Positions 33,113-43,924 of a stretch of DNA of 64,000 bases are shown one piece after another. The notes under the pieces are model-generated. The model saw only the letters and a program-made list of their open reading frames with translations, did no database searches and was not told where the DNA came from. Made by a program: the position numbers and the translations under genes. The stretch covers positions 434,001 to 498,000 of the forward strand of contig OW569348.1 of assembly GCA_937625935.1 (NCBI GenBank). Direction: 5' to 3'. The stretch's first letter is position 1; every line of letters starts with the position of its first letter. Source of the DNA: Tetramitus jugosus. Lineage: Eukaryota > Protista > Heterolobosea.

Positions 33113-36100
33113 ATGGATCCTCAACAACAAAAATTACAACTCCAAGTGTACTTGTTGCTCGAAACAAAAGCCCGACTGTCCTACAAGTGTCGCATCCTAG
33201 AGGACGAATCACAATTTCTGAGAACATGTCTACAACAGTCCGTTCGCATGCACATGGACGACTGGTGCCGACCATTTGATCGAAGAATGAACAGTTTACT
33301 TCACGAATTCGAGTACATGAAAAATGATGATGCCGTATTCATGGACTCTACCATCTCCAATCGTCAATTACCCTATGGTTATCATTCGATTGAGAAACCG
33401 TTGCAGGACGAAATTCAAAAGTGGAAGAATGAGTTGGCACAGTTACAAGAACGGTATGATGAGTTGATGACACGAGAGTATGCACCACTCAAGAACAGTT
33501 ATGTTGAATTGATGGGAGATTTGGAGTCGAATCAGAGACTGTTGCAAGAACTCAATGTAAAGTATGACTCTGTGGTGAACGAGTGTGACCACTTGAGAAA
33601 AAAGGTTCAAAAATATGAGAAACAACAACAACAGCAACAGCAAAACAGTGAGACGAACAACAAGAAGAATTTGAATGACGAAAATGGTGAAGAAGACGAA
33701 GAAGATGACGATGATGATGATGATGTCGAAGGTGTGAGTGACTCCTCGGATGAAGACAATGATGATGACCGCCATCAACATGAGGATGACGATACGGAGA
33801 GTGAGCTCAAGAGTGATGCGAGTGACAGTCCCAGGTTAACTCCCTCATCTGATCATGCTATTCGCAGAAACAATAGCAGTACGTTGTTCCAGATGGCTAG
33901 AGCGAGATTTGATTCTAATGCGAGTCTAAGCAGCAACAACAATCGTCAGAATGGATCGATTTCTCGCGGTAGTGTCAGTGGTAGACGAAGTACAAACGGA
34001 AGTGAACGAGGACCAGAAAAGATTGATCTCGATGATCATATTGTAACACCAAGGGAAGTCAGAAAACGATTGCCATCGATTCATCATGGATCGCGAAGAG
34101 CAATCAACATTTCTTATCCATTGGCTGTGAATCAAGGCACATCTAGTGGCAATAGTGGTGGTGGATCTCCGAGAACAAATGACCTGAGTCCAAAGGCATC
34201 CAACACTAGCTGTGGTGGTGCATCGAATAGCAAAAAAATTATCACAGGACAGTACTTTATCAAATCTCTGTCTGGAAAGTTACTTGTCGAGTATCCATTC
34301 AATTTCTCGTTTGATCAAGTGTCAAGAAAGGAAGAGAAGACGAATAGTGGATCAGTCAAGGCATCCATTATTATTACGGACAAGTTTTATGAAGAACCAG
34401 TGGATTGTCTCGTTGTCAGTAACACAAAGGACTTGAGTTGTAGCTCTGTTACAGACGCATTCTATGCCAAGCAATTGAATGATTTGTGCAAGAGCTCATC
34501 TGATAACATCTTGTCTCAGTGTCAAGAATACTTGTCACAGCAGCACGGTGATTCTTCACAGAATCAAAAGATGGATCAAGGTGGTGTTTTCTGCGGTCAC
34601 ATCAACAACAGTCAGTATGTTGTTAATGTGTTTGTTGCTGATGAACCATTGAAGGGAATAACTCCATTGGAAGACAGTGCCAATCGTATCAGAATGAACT
34701 GTGATCCAATCTATCGAAGGCTGAACCCTGCTGTGAAGAATGTTTTGCAGTGTGCTGATGGTCTCTCGTGTACAAGTATCGCCTTCTCTCCTATTATTGC
34801 TAGTGATGGATCTTCACAATACAGTGTCTCCAGCAATGATTGGATCACTGGTTATAGGTGCATGTTCCTGAGTATGTGTGAATACTTTGCAGAGAACAAG
34901 ATCTCGACAAATCTCTTGGATATCAGAGTCTGTGTCAATTCTCAATCTGAGGCACAATTGCTGAAGAAGGCGCTCGATATCGATTTCATCTCTTACATCG
35001 AACGATCGAGACTCTCTCATGTCTTTTCTCCAGCGATTCGAAGTCTATCGAGTGGCAAGTCATATGAAGAGCCACCACCAAAGAAGAAGGAGGCACAGGA
35101 GATTGAACCCAAGGACCCCCGATTATACTATGCAACTGACTATGCGACTATTCAATATGAAGAGAAGACTGATGATTCAGAAAATATTGAATTCATGGGA
35201 GATGCCACTGAAAATAACAGTGATGCTGCTGAATCACCAGATATCAAATGTGCCACACTTGACAAGTTGATTGAAAGAGTGACTTATCACAGCACATACG
35301 ATAACTCATATCTCTATGCCTTCCTATTGACATACAGATCGTTCACCACTCCACAAGAATTATTGGAAAAGTTGATTCAACGTTACAATATACCTCCACC
35401 ACATAGAGATTCCATCACTCACAAGGAATTTGGTGAGTGGCAACACGATGTGTTAAATAAGGTGAGACTTCGTGTCAGTCAAGTGATCAAGAAATGGATT
35501 GAGAATCATTATTATGACTTTGAGAATGATAGTGATCTGGTTCAGAAGGTTGTTGATCTGACAAATATGATGAAGGAGACACAAGGTAGTGCCTTTGCGA
35601 CTCAAATTCAAAGAGCTCTACAGAAGCAACAATCGAATGATTCATCAAGAAGCATTGTAGTATTTGACAGGGATGACGCCAGTGTTCCTAAATCTCTGTG
35701 TCCTAAACAATGGGATGGAATCAAAACAGTCGATCTTCTGCAGTGGCCAAGTGGTGAACTAGCAAGACAAATCACACTGCTCGAGTATCAAATGTTCCAC
35801 GGATTGCAACCAAAGGAATGCCTGAATCAAAATTGGAACAAGTCTCACAGAGAAGAAAAAGCTCCAAATATCTTTATGATGATTAATTGGTTCAATACGG
35901 TGAGCAGATGGGTGGCTTCGTGTGTCGTGCAGGAAGACAATCCAAAGAAGCGAAAGTTGGCACTCACTAAAATGATCCACTTGGCTGAGGCGTGCTATGA
36001 ATTGAACAACTTCAATGCCATCTTTGAGATCATTTCTGGTTTGCAGAACGCAGCTGTGCATCGTCTCAAGAAAACTTGGGAAATGATTGGTACTCGTGAG

Positions 36101-36454
36101 CGAAAAGAATACGAGCGCATGCTCGAGCTCGTCTCCCGAAACAACAATTACAGAGCCATCAGAAGAGCAATCCTCGATGTGAAACCACCATGCATCCCAT
36201 ACATTGGTGTCTTCCTGACTGACTTGACATTTATCGAGGACGGCAATCCTGACTTCCTGAACAACAAGATTAACTTTATCAAGAGAAGAAAGTTGGCATT
36301 GTTGATTCGAGACATTCAAACCTATCAGCAAACTCCTTACAAGTTGCATCATCTGCCTCAACTACAAGAGCAATTGAAGGCGATGCAACCTCTGGCAGAA
36401 GATCAATTGTATGACAAATCATTGATCATTGAGCCAAGAAAGAAACAAGCATAA
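33113..36454 (+). CDS. Ras guanine-nucleotide exchange factor (coiled coil, macro-like domain, REM, CDC25)
   Basis: IKCATLDKLIE, FLLTYRSFTTP (REM); ELARQITLLE, LNNFNA, PCIPYIGVFLTDLTFIEDGNPD, INFIKRR (CDC25). Confidence 0.92.
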   Translation: MDPQQQKLQLQVYLLLETKARLSYKCRILEDESQFLRTCLQQSVRMHMDDWCRPFDRRMNSLLHEFEYMKNDDAVFMDSTISNRQLPYGYHSIEKPLQDEIQKWKNELAQLQERYDELMTREYAPLKNSYVELMGDLESNQRLLQELNVKYDSVVNECDHLRKKVQKYEKQQQQQQQNSETNNKKNLNDENGEEDEEDDDDDDDVEGVSDSSDEDNDDDRHQHEDDDTESELKSDASDSPRLTPSSDHAIRRNNSSTLFQMARARFDSNASLSSNNNRQNGSISRGSVSGRRSTNGSERGPEKIDLDDHIVTPREVRKRLPSIHHGSRRAINISYPLAVNQGTSSGNSGGGSPRTNDLSPKASNTSCGGASNSKKIITGQYFIKSLSGKLLVEYPFNFSFDQVSRKEEKTNSGSVKASIIITDKFYEEPVDCLVVSNTKDLSCSSVTDAFYAKQLNDLCKSSSDNILSQCQEYLSQQHGDSSQNQKMDQGGVFCGHINNSQYVVNVFVADEPLKGITPLEDSANRIRMNCDPIYRRLNPAVKNVLQCADGLSCTSIAFSPIIASDGSSQYSVSSNDWITGYRCMFLSMCEYFAENKISTNLLDIRVCVNSQSEAQLLKKALDIDFISYIERSRLSHVFSPAIRSLSSGKSYEEPPPKKKEAQEIEPKDPRLYYATDYATIQYEEKTDDSENIEFMGDATENNSDAAESPDIKCATLDKLIERVTYHSTYDNSYLYAFLLTYRSFTTPQELLEKLIQRYNIPPPHRDSITHKEFGEWQHDVLNKVRLRVSQVIKKWIENHYYDFENDSDLVQKVVDLTNMMKETQGSAFATQIQRALQKQQSNDSSRSIVVFDRDDASVPKSLCPKQWDGIKTVDLLQWPSGELARQITLLEYQMFHGLQPKECLNQNWNKSHREEKAPNIFMMINWFNTVSRWVASCVVQEDNPKKRKLALTKMIHLAEACYELNNFNAIFEIISGLQNAAVHRLKKTWEMIGTRERKEYERMLELVSRNNNYRAIRRAILDVKPPCIPYIGVFLTDLTFIEDGNPDFLNNKINFIKRRKLALLIRDIQTYQQTPYKLHHLPQLQEQLKAMQPLAEDQLYDKSLIIEPRKKQA

Positions 36455-36552
36455 AATAAAATTGCTTTCTTAAAACGCATCTTCATTCCTTAAACAGCCG
36501 TAACTTGTGAAGGACGGAAGTAATGGACAACAACTTGTGGCAGTAGAATAGT

Positions 36553-38858
36553 TTATTTGAGCAAGTCATACTTCTCTGTAAATGCCTGAACCTTCTTTGA
36601 ATCACGCAATGTTTTTGTTGCCTGATAGTGCAAGTTCTGAGCCTTCGTTATCTTTCCCTTCCTCTTCATCATCACAATGTAATGAAGCCAGAAATCTTCC
36701 TCATCTTTACCGTGATCAGTGATGGCTCTCGAATAGAGCTTCATCAGCATCTGCTCGCTCTTTTCCTTCTCATTGAACTCTCCCTGGGTATTGTTATCGT
36801 CGTCATCAGAGTCGCTCATCTCTTCGTCCTCATTCTTCTCGTTGGTGTCTTGTTCTTCCTTCTTGTCTTCCGCCTGTTTTGGATTGTACCTGGCTGCAAA
36901 GTAGGCAATAAGCATTCTGTACACCTGAGCTGAATTTGGTGGTAGAGAAAGCAGCATTTGAATCACCAAGTCCAACTTTTCATACTTTTTCTTCAACCGT
37001 ATGGCTTCAGTCTTTCCTTCGAATTGATAAATTTTGCTGTAGAACTTAAAGTACAGCTTCTTCATTTCGTGGCTGTGGGAGCAATATTTGATGGCCTGGA
37101 CAAAATATTGATCAATTTCCTTCATTGTCAAGTGAGAGGCCCAGTTCTTGACATATTGGAGAACGTGCTTCCAGAATTTGACTTGTTGATTGGCTTGATG
37201 CTCAAATTCCTTGGAATCACGAGCGATAATAGGTCCAGTGATAAACTTTGAGATGGCTTGATCAACAACCATCTTCGTTCCCTCTGAAACAATCATATAG
37301 AGTATCCATAAATCAGCATCTTGTGAATACAGCTTGTTACAAGCCTGATCCAAAATATCAATGAGCAGATTTCGTTTCGATGGACAACTCTTCAACAAAT
37401 TGCAATAGTCATAAATCATTTCAGATCCCATCAATCCATTCTTGTTTGCACTTGGATAAATCTCGTTCATCAACTTGCTCCAGAAACTCAAATAATATTC
37501 GCTTAGTGAAGATGATGACGCTGCTCCTTCGTTGCTACTCTCCTCTTCTTCTTCAAGCTTCACTTCAGGGTGAGCCAATTGATAGAAAAAGTGGAAAAGT
37601 TTGAGACACAATCGAGAGTATAGGAGCCACATTTTCCTTGTTGGAATCGCTTCAATCACATTCAACAACGATTCAAGAGTCTTCACTCCAGTTTGATACA
37701 ATGATGCAATCGCTTCATTCATATTCTTCTTCTTCTCATCCTCGTGTTCGTCTTCATTATTGTTCGTCTTTTCCACCAATTTATATGCGGCAATCGCTCT
37801 GTTTAACTCAATGGTAACGCACTCAAAAATGCAGTGTTCATTTTCTCTAAACGATGCAAGAATGTCCTTCAAGATAAAGTTTTGCAAATGATTTGTGTAA
37901 TCTAATTGACTCAGAACATGGAGCATCTTGAACCGTAAATCATAACTATCCTTCAATGTAGTTGCTAAAACCGGAAAAAAAACAATGTAAGAACACACAA
38001 CGATGAGTTGACTTAAAGCAAATAACAACATGAGATATGAAAAAACATACCATTTGTGATTTGCTTGTAAATGAGCATTGGAATAGCATAGAGATCCCAT
38101 TGAGCTCTCTCGTCTTGATACTTTGATGTGAGCTCTGGAGTGACTTCCACTTCAGCACCATCAGAGATCTCTGCTCTGGCCAAGATTGACTCTAGCTTGA
38201 AGAATTCTAACCATAGCTTTTCACTCTCCTTGTTCAATTTGACAGCTCTCTGGAATAAATCTACATGTATTCAATCATAAAAACCATACAATGAGTGTGT
38301 GAGTGATTTGTACATGAATACAACAAAAAATAACAAATTCCTATAAAATGCATATCATCAATCACACATACATCTAGCAGATTCTTCACTTTGATTGACT
38401 TCCAATTGCCACTTGGCTGCCAAAATCCATATATCAGGGCTCATTGGATTCGTTCTGACTGCTCCCTCTAGCGCGTCGCCGACACGAAAATTGTAACGAA
38501 CGGAAAAATCGACAAAAGTTTTCCACATGTACACGTCCTTTGGATCCAATCGAATCGCTCTCTTGAAAATGGACTCTACATGTCTCAGAGCTTCCAAATG
38601 ACGGTCCAACATGCGAACACCGAGCTTTTCCATTCTCGTCTTGACAAGAGTCAATAAATTGAGTTCAAATTGAGCGTATCTAAGATAGAGATCCTTTGTT
38701 CTTTGTGTGGCCAATAATTTATACTCGTAGTCTGTGCGTGTCTTCACAATAGCACTCACTTCGTTGTCTTGAAGCAGATTGAGTACTCTGGTCTCATTGA
38801 GCCAAGCTGTAGTCTTTTCTAGTACTTCTTGTACAATGAAATTTTGATCAGTTTCCAT
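36553..38858 (-). CDS. UTP6: U3 snoRNA-associated protein 6 (HAT repeats); exons 38858-38372, 38260-38051, 37964-36553
   Basis: IVKTRTDYEYKL..YLRYAQFELNL, IWILAAKW, LWLEFFKLE; two frame-consistent GTATGT introns. Confidence 0.8.
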
Positions 38859-39074
38859 CTTGTTTGTTGTTGGTGTTGGTGTTCAAGTGACGTGAAGATG
38901 TTTTTGTTTTTGTGTCGTGTGAATTGTTTATTTGCCCGTTTCACTGGAATGATTGAAGCAACACCATAATCGATGAACTTCAATCGCGGGTAATCGGAGT
39001 AAAGTTGATATTCCGCGGCACCAAAAATCATTGTTCAACAAAGCAACAGAGCAAAAACCGATACACAGTTCGAT

Positions 39075-39794
39075 ATGATCAAACAATCGTTTCAAAGACT
39101 GGTATCAACAGCTGGAAGAGCTGGAGCATCATCTCCATCCTCTGCTCTCCTTCGAAACAAAAACAACATGACTCGATTCACCTCACATCCACTCGTTTTC
39201 CATCAACAACAACAAACAAGATCGACCACTGTGCTCTGCGTCAGAAAAAACAATCAAGTATCGCTCGTAGCAGACGGACAAGTCACACAAGGCAACTACG
39301 TTGTCAAATCCAATGCTCACAAACTGAGACTCATCCAAAACAAGGGCAACAATGTTCTCGTTGGTTTCGCAGGCAGCACTGCCGATGCGATCACTCTGTT
39401 TGAGCGACTAGAAGGTAAATTGGACGAATATCCAGGTCAATTATTGAGATCGTGCGTCGAGTTGGCCAAGCTCTGGAGAACAGACAAGTATTTGAGAGCT
39501 CTGGAAGCTGTCATGATTGTCTCTGACTCGAAAACGACTCTGTTGTTGAGTGGAAATGGAGACGTGTTGGAACCTCCTGATGGTATCTTGGGTATTGGAT
39601 CCGGTGGTCAATATGCCATTGCTGCTGCCAAGGCATGCATTGATCAAGGTGATTTGAATGCGAGAGATGTGGCACTTAAATCGATGCGTATCGCAGGTGA
39701 AATGTGCATTTACAGTAACACGAATTTTACTGAATTGTTCTTGGATGGCACTGTTCCAAGCAGTGATAGACCAATGCCTGTTCAAAGTAATTAA
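39075..39794 (+). CDS. hslV: Mitochondrial HslV (ClpQ) threonine protease
   Basis: Presequence followed by mature TTVLCVRK..ADGQVT, GFAGSTADA, ELAKLWRTDKYLR and GIGSGG. Confidence 0.95.
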   Translation: MIKQSFQRLVSTAGRAGASSPSSALLRNKNNMTRFTSHPLVFHQQQQTRSTTVLCVRKNNQVSLVADGQVTQGNYVVKSNAHKLRLIQNKGNNVLVGFAGSTADAITLFERLEGKLDEYPGQLLRSCVELAKLWRTDKYLRALEAVMIVSDSKTTLLLSGNGDVLEPPDGILGIGSGGQYAIAAAKACIDQGDLNARDVALKSMRIAGEMCIYSNTNFTELFLDGTVPSSDRPMPVQSN

Positions 39795-39925
39795 AAAACA
39801 ACCATAACAACCTGACACTTGTCACCTTTTGTTTTTCCTGCATCTTGTTTTTTGCTTTGTGCATTTTCCAAGGTCAAAAACTCAACAAAATATCAAAAAG
39901 CAAACAACAGATAAGAGATCTACAG

Positions 39926-42007
39926 ATGAAGCGATCATTCAAATGGCGCATACCCCACCAACCAAGATGCAGTTCTTCTCAATTGCTTCCAACAACGTCA
40001 TCAATGATGATCCGATCTTCAATCATCATCACTCACGACAACATTAACAACAGCAGTCTCGAGACTCGCAATCCAATACGAACACTGTTTCACTCTTCTC
40101 AACCACACTATTCATCTCATCATCATCATCATCACCACCACCATCACCATGACAATCAACAACAACAACAACAATCCTCCACAAACAACAACAGTAACAC
40201 TAGTGGCAAAGATCCTTCCATCAAGAGTAAAATTATGCAAATCTATAAGAAGACTCATCCAGACTTGTTTGAAAATTATCCAAAGGACGTTCGAGTCACC
40301 AATCAACAATCACTTCAGAAACTGAACAATTTTCTGGACGAGTACAAGGGATATGAGGGAAATGTTGGTTCTTCAAGCAAGCACCTGCACAGTGTCAGTG
40401 GTTTGAACATTGGCACCAACAAGTATCATTTACAGTTCTATATCAAGAAGATTCAGATGCAGCAGCAGCAACAGCAACAAAAACAGGTGGATCGATCGAA
40501 AACAACAACAAGGACAAGTGCCGAGGAATCAACTGTGACTCTGACACCTGAAGAGATGATGGAACGGGATTTGACATTGGTCAAGGTAACGATCAGTGGT
40601 CCACCAGGTGAGTGTGGAATTGTGGAAAAGTCGAAAACCATGTCCAAGAACTTTTCACGACTCTTTCGTGCGTTGAGTGTGTTTTCACCGGGTGAGGAAG
40701 CAATGGTGAGTGAGGAGCCAGAGTTTATGGATGACGACTCGTTGGATGATAAGGCAAAAGAATTGTTGTCTCAGACGTTTGCCTACATGGGTAAGGATCA
40801 ACAGTTTAAAGCAGGAACCCATAGTGAGTATGGAGCACAGAACATTGCTGCATTTGTATTGAAGCAGATGCATACGCAATCCAAGAAACAGCAAAAGTCG
40901 AATGAGGCATCCATGTCGCCTGATATTCATTACTTTGTGAGTAAGCAGGCCGAAGTGGAAGCTCACTTGCTCCGAAACAAAATTGTCGAATTTTTGTGCT
41001 TGGATGACCTGCGGTTTGAAACTTTTACGTTTTCTGTTAAATCGAGATTAGAAACACTACACAAGCTCACAGATTTGTTGCACAATGAATATGGAGTTGC
41101 AACTGAGAGTTGGGGATACAAGGAACTCACAATCGAACGCATTAGACAAAAGGAATTTGAAGATTATAATCAGAAGATGAATTATATGGATCCGATTCAA
41201 GAAGAGAATGCCCGGAGATACTACTACAAGAGAAGAGAACTAAACGAATTGAAATCAAATTTGGATCGAATGCGAGACCGTCAACCACCAGGCTTCGTTC
41301 GAGCCATGTTTGTTCGTGGGAACCGATCATTTGTTTCCGAGATGGGTTATGTGATGTTGGGTGTTGATCAGCCAGCAGCCGAATGGCTACACTATCTAAT
41401 GCACGAATGCAACTATAACATGCTAGAGAGGTTTGTCACACGAAAATATCGAGTTTTAAACCTGGAAAAACAAGTGGTGAAACTGATGGGTATCACATCC
41501 ATTGTGAGCGAGAACGACAATGTATTTAATGATGCTCGGTATGAGAAGCTATTGCAAGATATATGCGATCACCCTACAGAGTGGAAACAACAATACATGA
41601 ATCACTTGCGGATTATTATCACCGAAATTGATGAGTCATCTGGCAGTGTGAATGAGGCATCAATACATCCAGCTTTTGGTTTCTTGAATTGCCCTCTCTG
41701 CATGGCAGATGAGTTGTATGCTTCTGTACAAAAGCTTGGAGCAGAAGCAGCAATCAAATGTCGGACGTATCTTCATGATAGAGATGCTGTGATGCGCCTG
41801 ATTCACGAAACAAAGAGATATCTAAAGTTGGAACACCTCGAATATGTGAGAACATTAAATTCTCAGGAGGTAATCGCATGTTGTCACAAGATGATTCGCT
41901 CGGCAGCATTACTCAAACCCATTCTAAACAATCTTCAAGTCTGCATTTCGGATGGATTTCACTGGAGAGAATCGGACAACGTACTGGAGATCCCTGTAGA
42001 CTTCTAA
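39926..42007 (+). CDS. TCAIM-like (DUF4460/DUF4461) mitochondrial protein
   Basis: J-domain-like YKKTHPDLF..N..SLQKLN motif and C-terminal LEIPVDF; presequence-like N-terminus. The start codon is uncertain. Confidence 0.7.
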   Translation: MKRSFKWRIPHQPRCSSSQLLPTTSSMMIRSSIIITHDNINNSSLETRNPIRTLFHSSQPHYSSHHHHHHHHHHHDNQQQQQQSSTNNNSNTSGKDPSIKSKIMQIYKKTHPDLFENYPKDVRVTNQQSLQKLNNFLDEYKGYEGNVGSSSKHLHSVSGLNIGTNKYHLQFYIKKIQMQQQQQQQKQVDRSKTTTRTSAEESTVTLTPEEMMERDLTLVKVTISGPPGECGIVEKSKTMSKNFSRLFRALSVFSPGEEAMVSEEPEFMDDDSLDDKAKELLSQTFAYMGKDQQFKAGTHSEYGAQNIAAFVLKQMHTQSKKQQKSNEASMSPDIHYFVSKQAEVEAHLLRNKIVEFLCLDDLRFETFTFSVKSRLETLHKLTDLLHNEYGVATESWGYKELTIERIRQKEFEDYNQKMNYMDPIQEENARRYYYKRRELNELKSNLDRMRDRQPPGFVRAMFVRGNRSFVSEMGYVMLGVDQPAAEWLHYLMHECNYNMLERFVTRKYRVLNLEKQVVKLMGITSIVSENDNVFNDARYEKLLQDICDHPTEWKQQYMNHLRIIITEIDESSGSVNEASIHPAFGFLNCPLCMADELYASVQKLGAEAAIKCRTYLHDRDAVMRLIHETKRYLKLEHLEYVRTLNSQEVIACCHKMIRSAALLKPILNNLQVCISDGFHWRESDNVLEIPVDF

Positions 42008-42100
42008 TGTTGAAATACAGAATACAGTTCAAGTGCATGAAAACAGGAACAAACTCCTGAATTGACAACAATTCCCGCATGTATTTTGTTGCTCACTCAA

Positions 42101-43111
42101 TCATGTACACTTTTGGTCCATTTTGATGATGCGAGAAGCATGCTGCGATTGCCAAAATTGCTCACCAACAAAGTCATCGTGCAACTGAATGATGCCATGT
42201 TGCTTATCGACCACTTGTCTTTCTGATGACTCCTCTGATGGTACTGTTGATTGATCACTTGTTAACACTTTGTCCGATCGTATCAGTATTGTTCCCCTGC
42301 GATCTATGGCAGGATCCTTGGCAATATTGATACCAAACGTGTTGAACAATAGTTCATTACGATCAGAGAAAGTGGTACCACTCAACACATTCTGTGCTTC
42401 AGTGAGTGTCTTTCCCTGTTTCTGTACCAAATTCCAGAAGCAAGTATTATAAACGTGATTCACAAAGGCATCGTCCTGTCTCCACCGAAAATAATCCTTC
42501 ATCGATTGCAACGTAGGAAACGCAATGCACCTCGAGTCAAACGCCGGTGCATACTGCAATGTCTTCTGACCACTGAACGCATCACTCCAATGCATGACAA
42601 AATTCGAAGCCACCAACGAAGCAAACAACGAATTGAGCTTACTCGTTCGTCTACTAAACAAATTTGTGTCTCGCGCGAGTAAAAAATTAATCTCATCGCT
42701 CTGACCGTACGACATGAGCACTTCAGGGAACGATTTCATCACGTGCAATGCACAAGTGTTCATGAGATGAATTGCCCTGTGATCCATGGGTTTCTCATAC
42801 TGATTCACACGAGTAAACTGTGAAAATTTTTTACCGTCGACACGCAGAACAATCCACACGTTGGGCATGAGCGTATCATTGTGTAGCATCTCATAGCGCT
42901 TTACGTAGGCCCAACGCGAACTTCTTTGAACTTGATCCTTGTTGTTGTTGTTACTACTATCATTCTCATGATGATAATCTGATGACATGCATCTGCTCTT
43001 ATTCTCATCAATTGAGTACTTTCTTTGCAAGCAACATGTTGTGAGTGGAATCGATGAGAATTGGTTACTCGTTCGATGATGTGACACTCGCTTTGATACG
43101 CGCAACAACAT
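42101..43111 (-). CDS. THG1: tRNA-His guanylyltransferase / Thg1-family 3'-5' polymerase with presequence-like N-terminus
   Basis: YVKRYE, WIVLRVDGKKF, YGQSDE, FSRRTSK, PAFDSR, YFRWRQDD, NELLF..FGIN. Confidence 0.92.
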   Translation of the reverse strand: MLLRVSKRVSHHRTSNQFSSIPLTTCCLQRKYSIDENKSRCMSSDYHHENDSSNNNNKDQVQRSSRWAYVKRYEMLHNDTLMPNVWIVLRVDGKKFSQFTRVNQYEKPMDHRAIHLMNTCALHVMKSFPEVLMSYGQSDEINFLLARDTNLFSRRTSKLNSLFASLVASNFVMHWSDAFSGQKTLQYAPAFDSRCIAFPTLQSMKDYFRWRQDDAFVNHVYNTCFWNLVQKQGKTLTEAQNVLSGTTFSDRNELLFNTFGINIAKDPAIDRRGTILIRSDKVLTSDQSTVPSEESSERQVVDKQHGIIQLHDDFVGEQFWQSQHASRIIKMDQKCT

Positions 43112-43168
43112 TTATTTGATTGGATTGTTTTTTGTGTGAATGGAAAGTTCCTTTTTGAACGCATCATG

Positions 43169-43244
43169 TCTGTTTTATTGGTACGGCAAAGGATCAGAAT
43201 TCCAGTGGCTTAATGCCCTATGAGGTCTTCACGTTGGATTGGTG
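43169..43244 (-). repeat. Inverted, internally deleted copy of module B (copy C)
   Basis: Five perfect reverse-complement blocks (15, 9, 10, 14 and 12 nt), collinear with 44046-43927. Confidence 0.88.
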
Positions 43245-43370
43245 TCTGGTGGAACTTAATTTTTTGAAAAAGAAGGAACATTCATCCCACATTGAAACCA
43301 TTCCTGTTAGAGTAAACCAAGAAGATAAATGAGCAGCAAGAATGACTATCCCTTCTTCTCAAACAACCAA

Positions 43371-43489
43371 AGCACCAATTTACTGATTATTACTTCGTAA
43401 CTGCCTCACAGTTCAGAGTCACAAAGTGGCTCGTGGGATTACGCTCTATTCCGAGTTGTGATCCCATTTTCTTTCCAAACAACAGAAGT
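43371..43489 (+). repeat. Structured module copy A
   Basis: AGCACCAAT..CCTCACAGTTCA, GAGTCAC-AAA-GTGGCTC, G, TGGGATTAC-GCTC-TATTCC-GAGT-T-GTGATCCCA, TTTTCTTTCCAA..AACAGAAGT; homologous to 43925-44049. Confidence 0.85.
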
Positions 43490-43924
43490 TAGAAATCATT
43501 TGAAACATGTCAGATTGACTTTGAATGTTTAATGAGAAGCAGTTCTTATCTCTCGTTCTTTAGAACATTTCAAAGGTGAAAAGGGCACCTGGTTCCTTGA
43601 AAGCACTTCTTGATCATGTTTCTTCTTGAGGTATTTGAGCTGGCCATCGTGTTTTATTTTGTTGTTAACTGGTTGTTATTACTTAAGGATGTTTTTCTTG
43701 TTGTGAATGAACTTGGCCGACATAACTATTTCATTAAGTAATAACACTAAGTAACACAAAGAAATTCCTCTGCCTAAGTTCCTCGATCTGCACCAAATGG
43801 AAATGAAAAATTATGAACTTTTTTTAGTGTTGAAAGTGTCAGAGGAACCACATTGATCTGGTCGTCACGGTCAGACTTCTTTTGCGTTTTAATCTGCAAG
43901 CGATGGAGGTACCAATAGGGTTTG

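Noticed and set aside
43141-43260. GAAAGTTCC / GGAACTTA as the P4 helix of RNase P or MRP
   Set aside because: The halves are only about 100 nt apart, other conserved regions are not evident, and GGAACTTA has an equally good partner near 43775.
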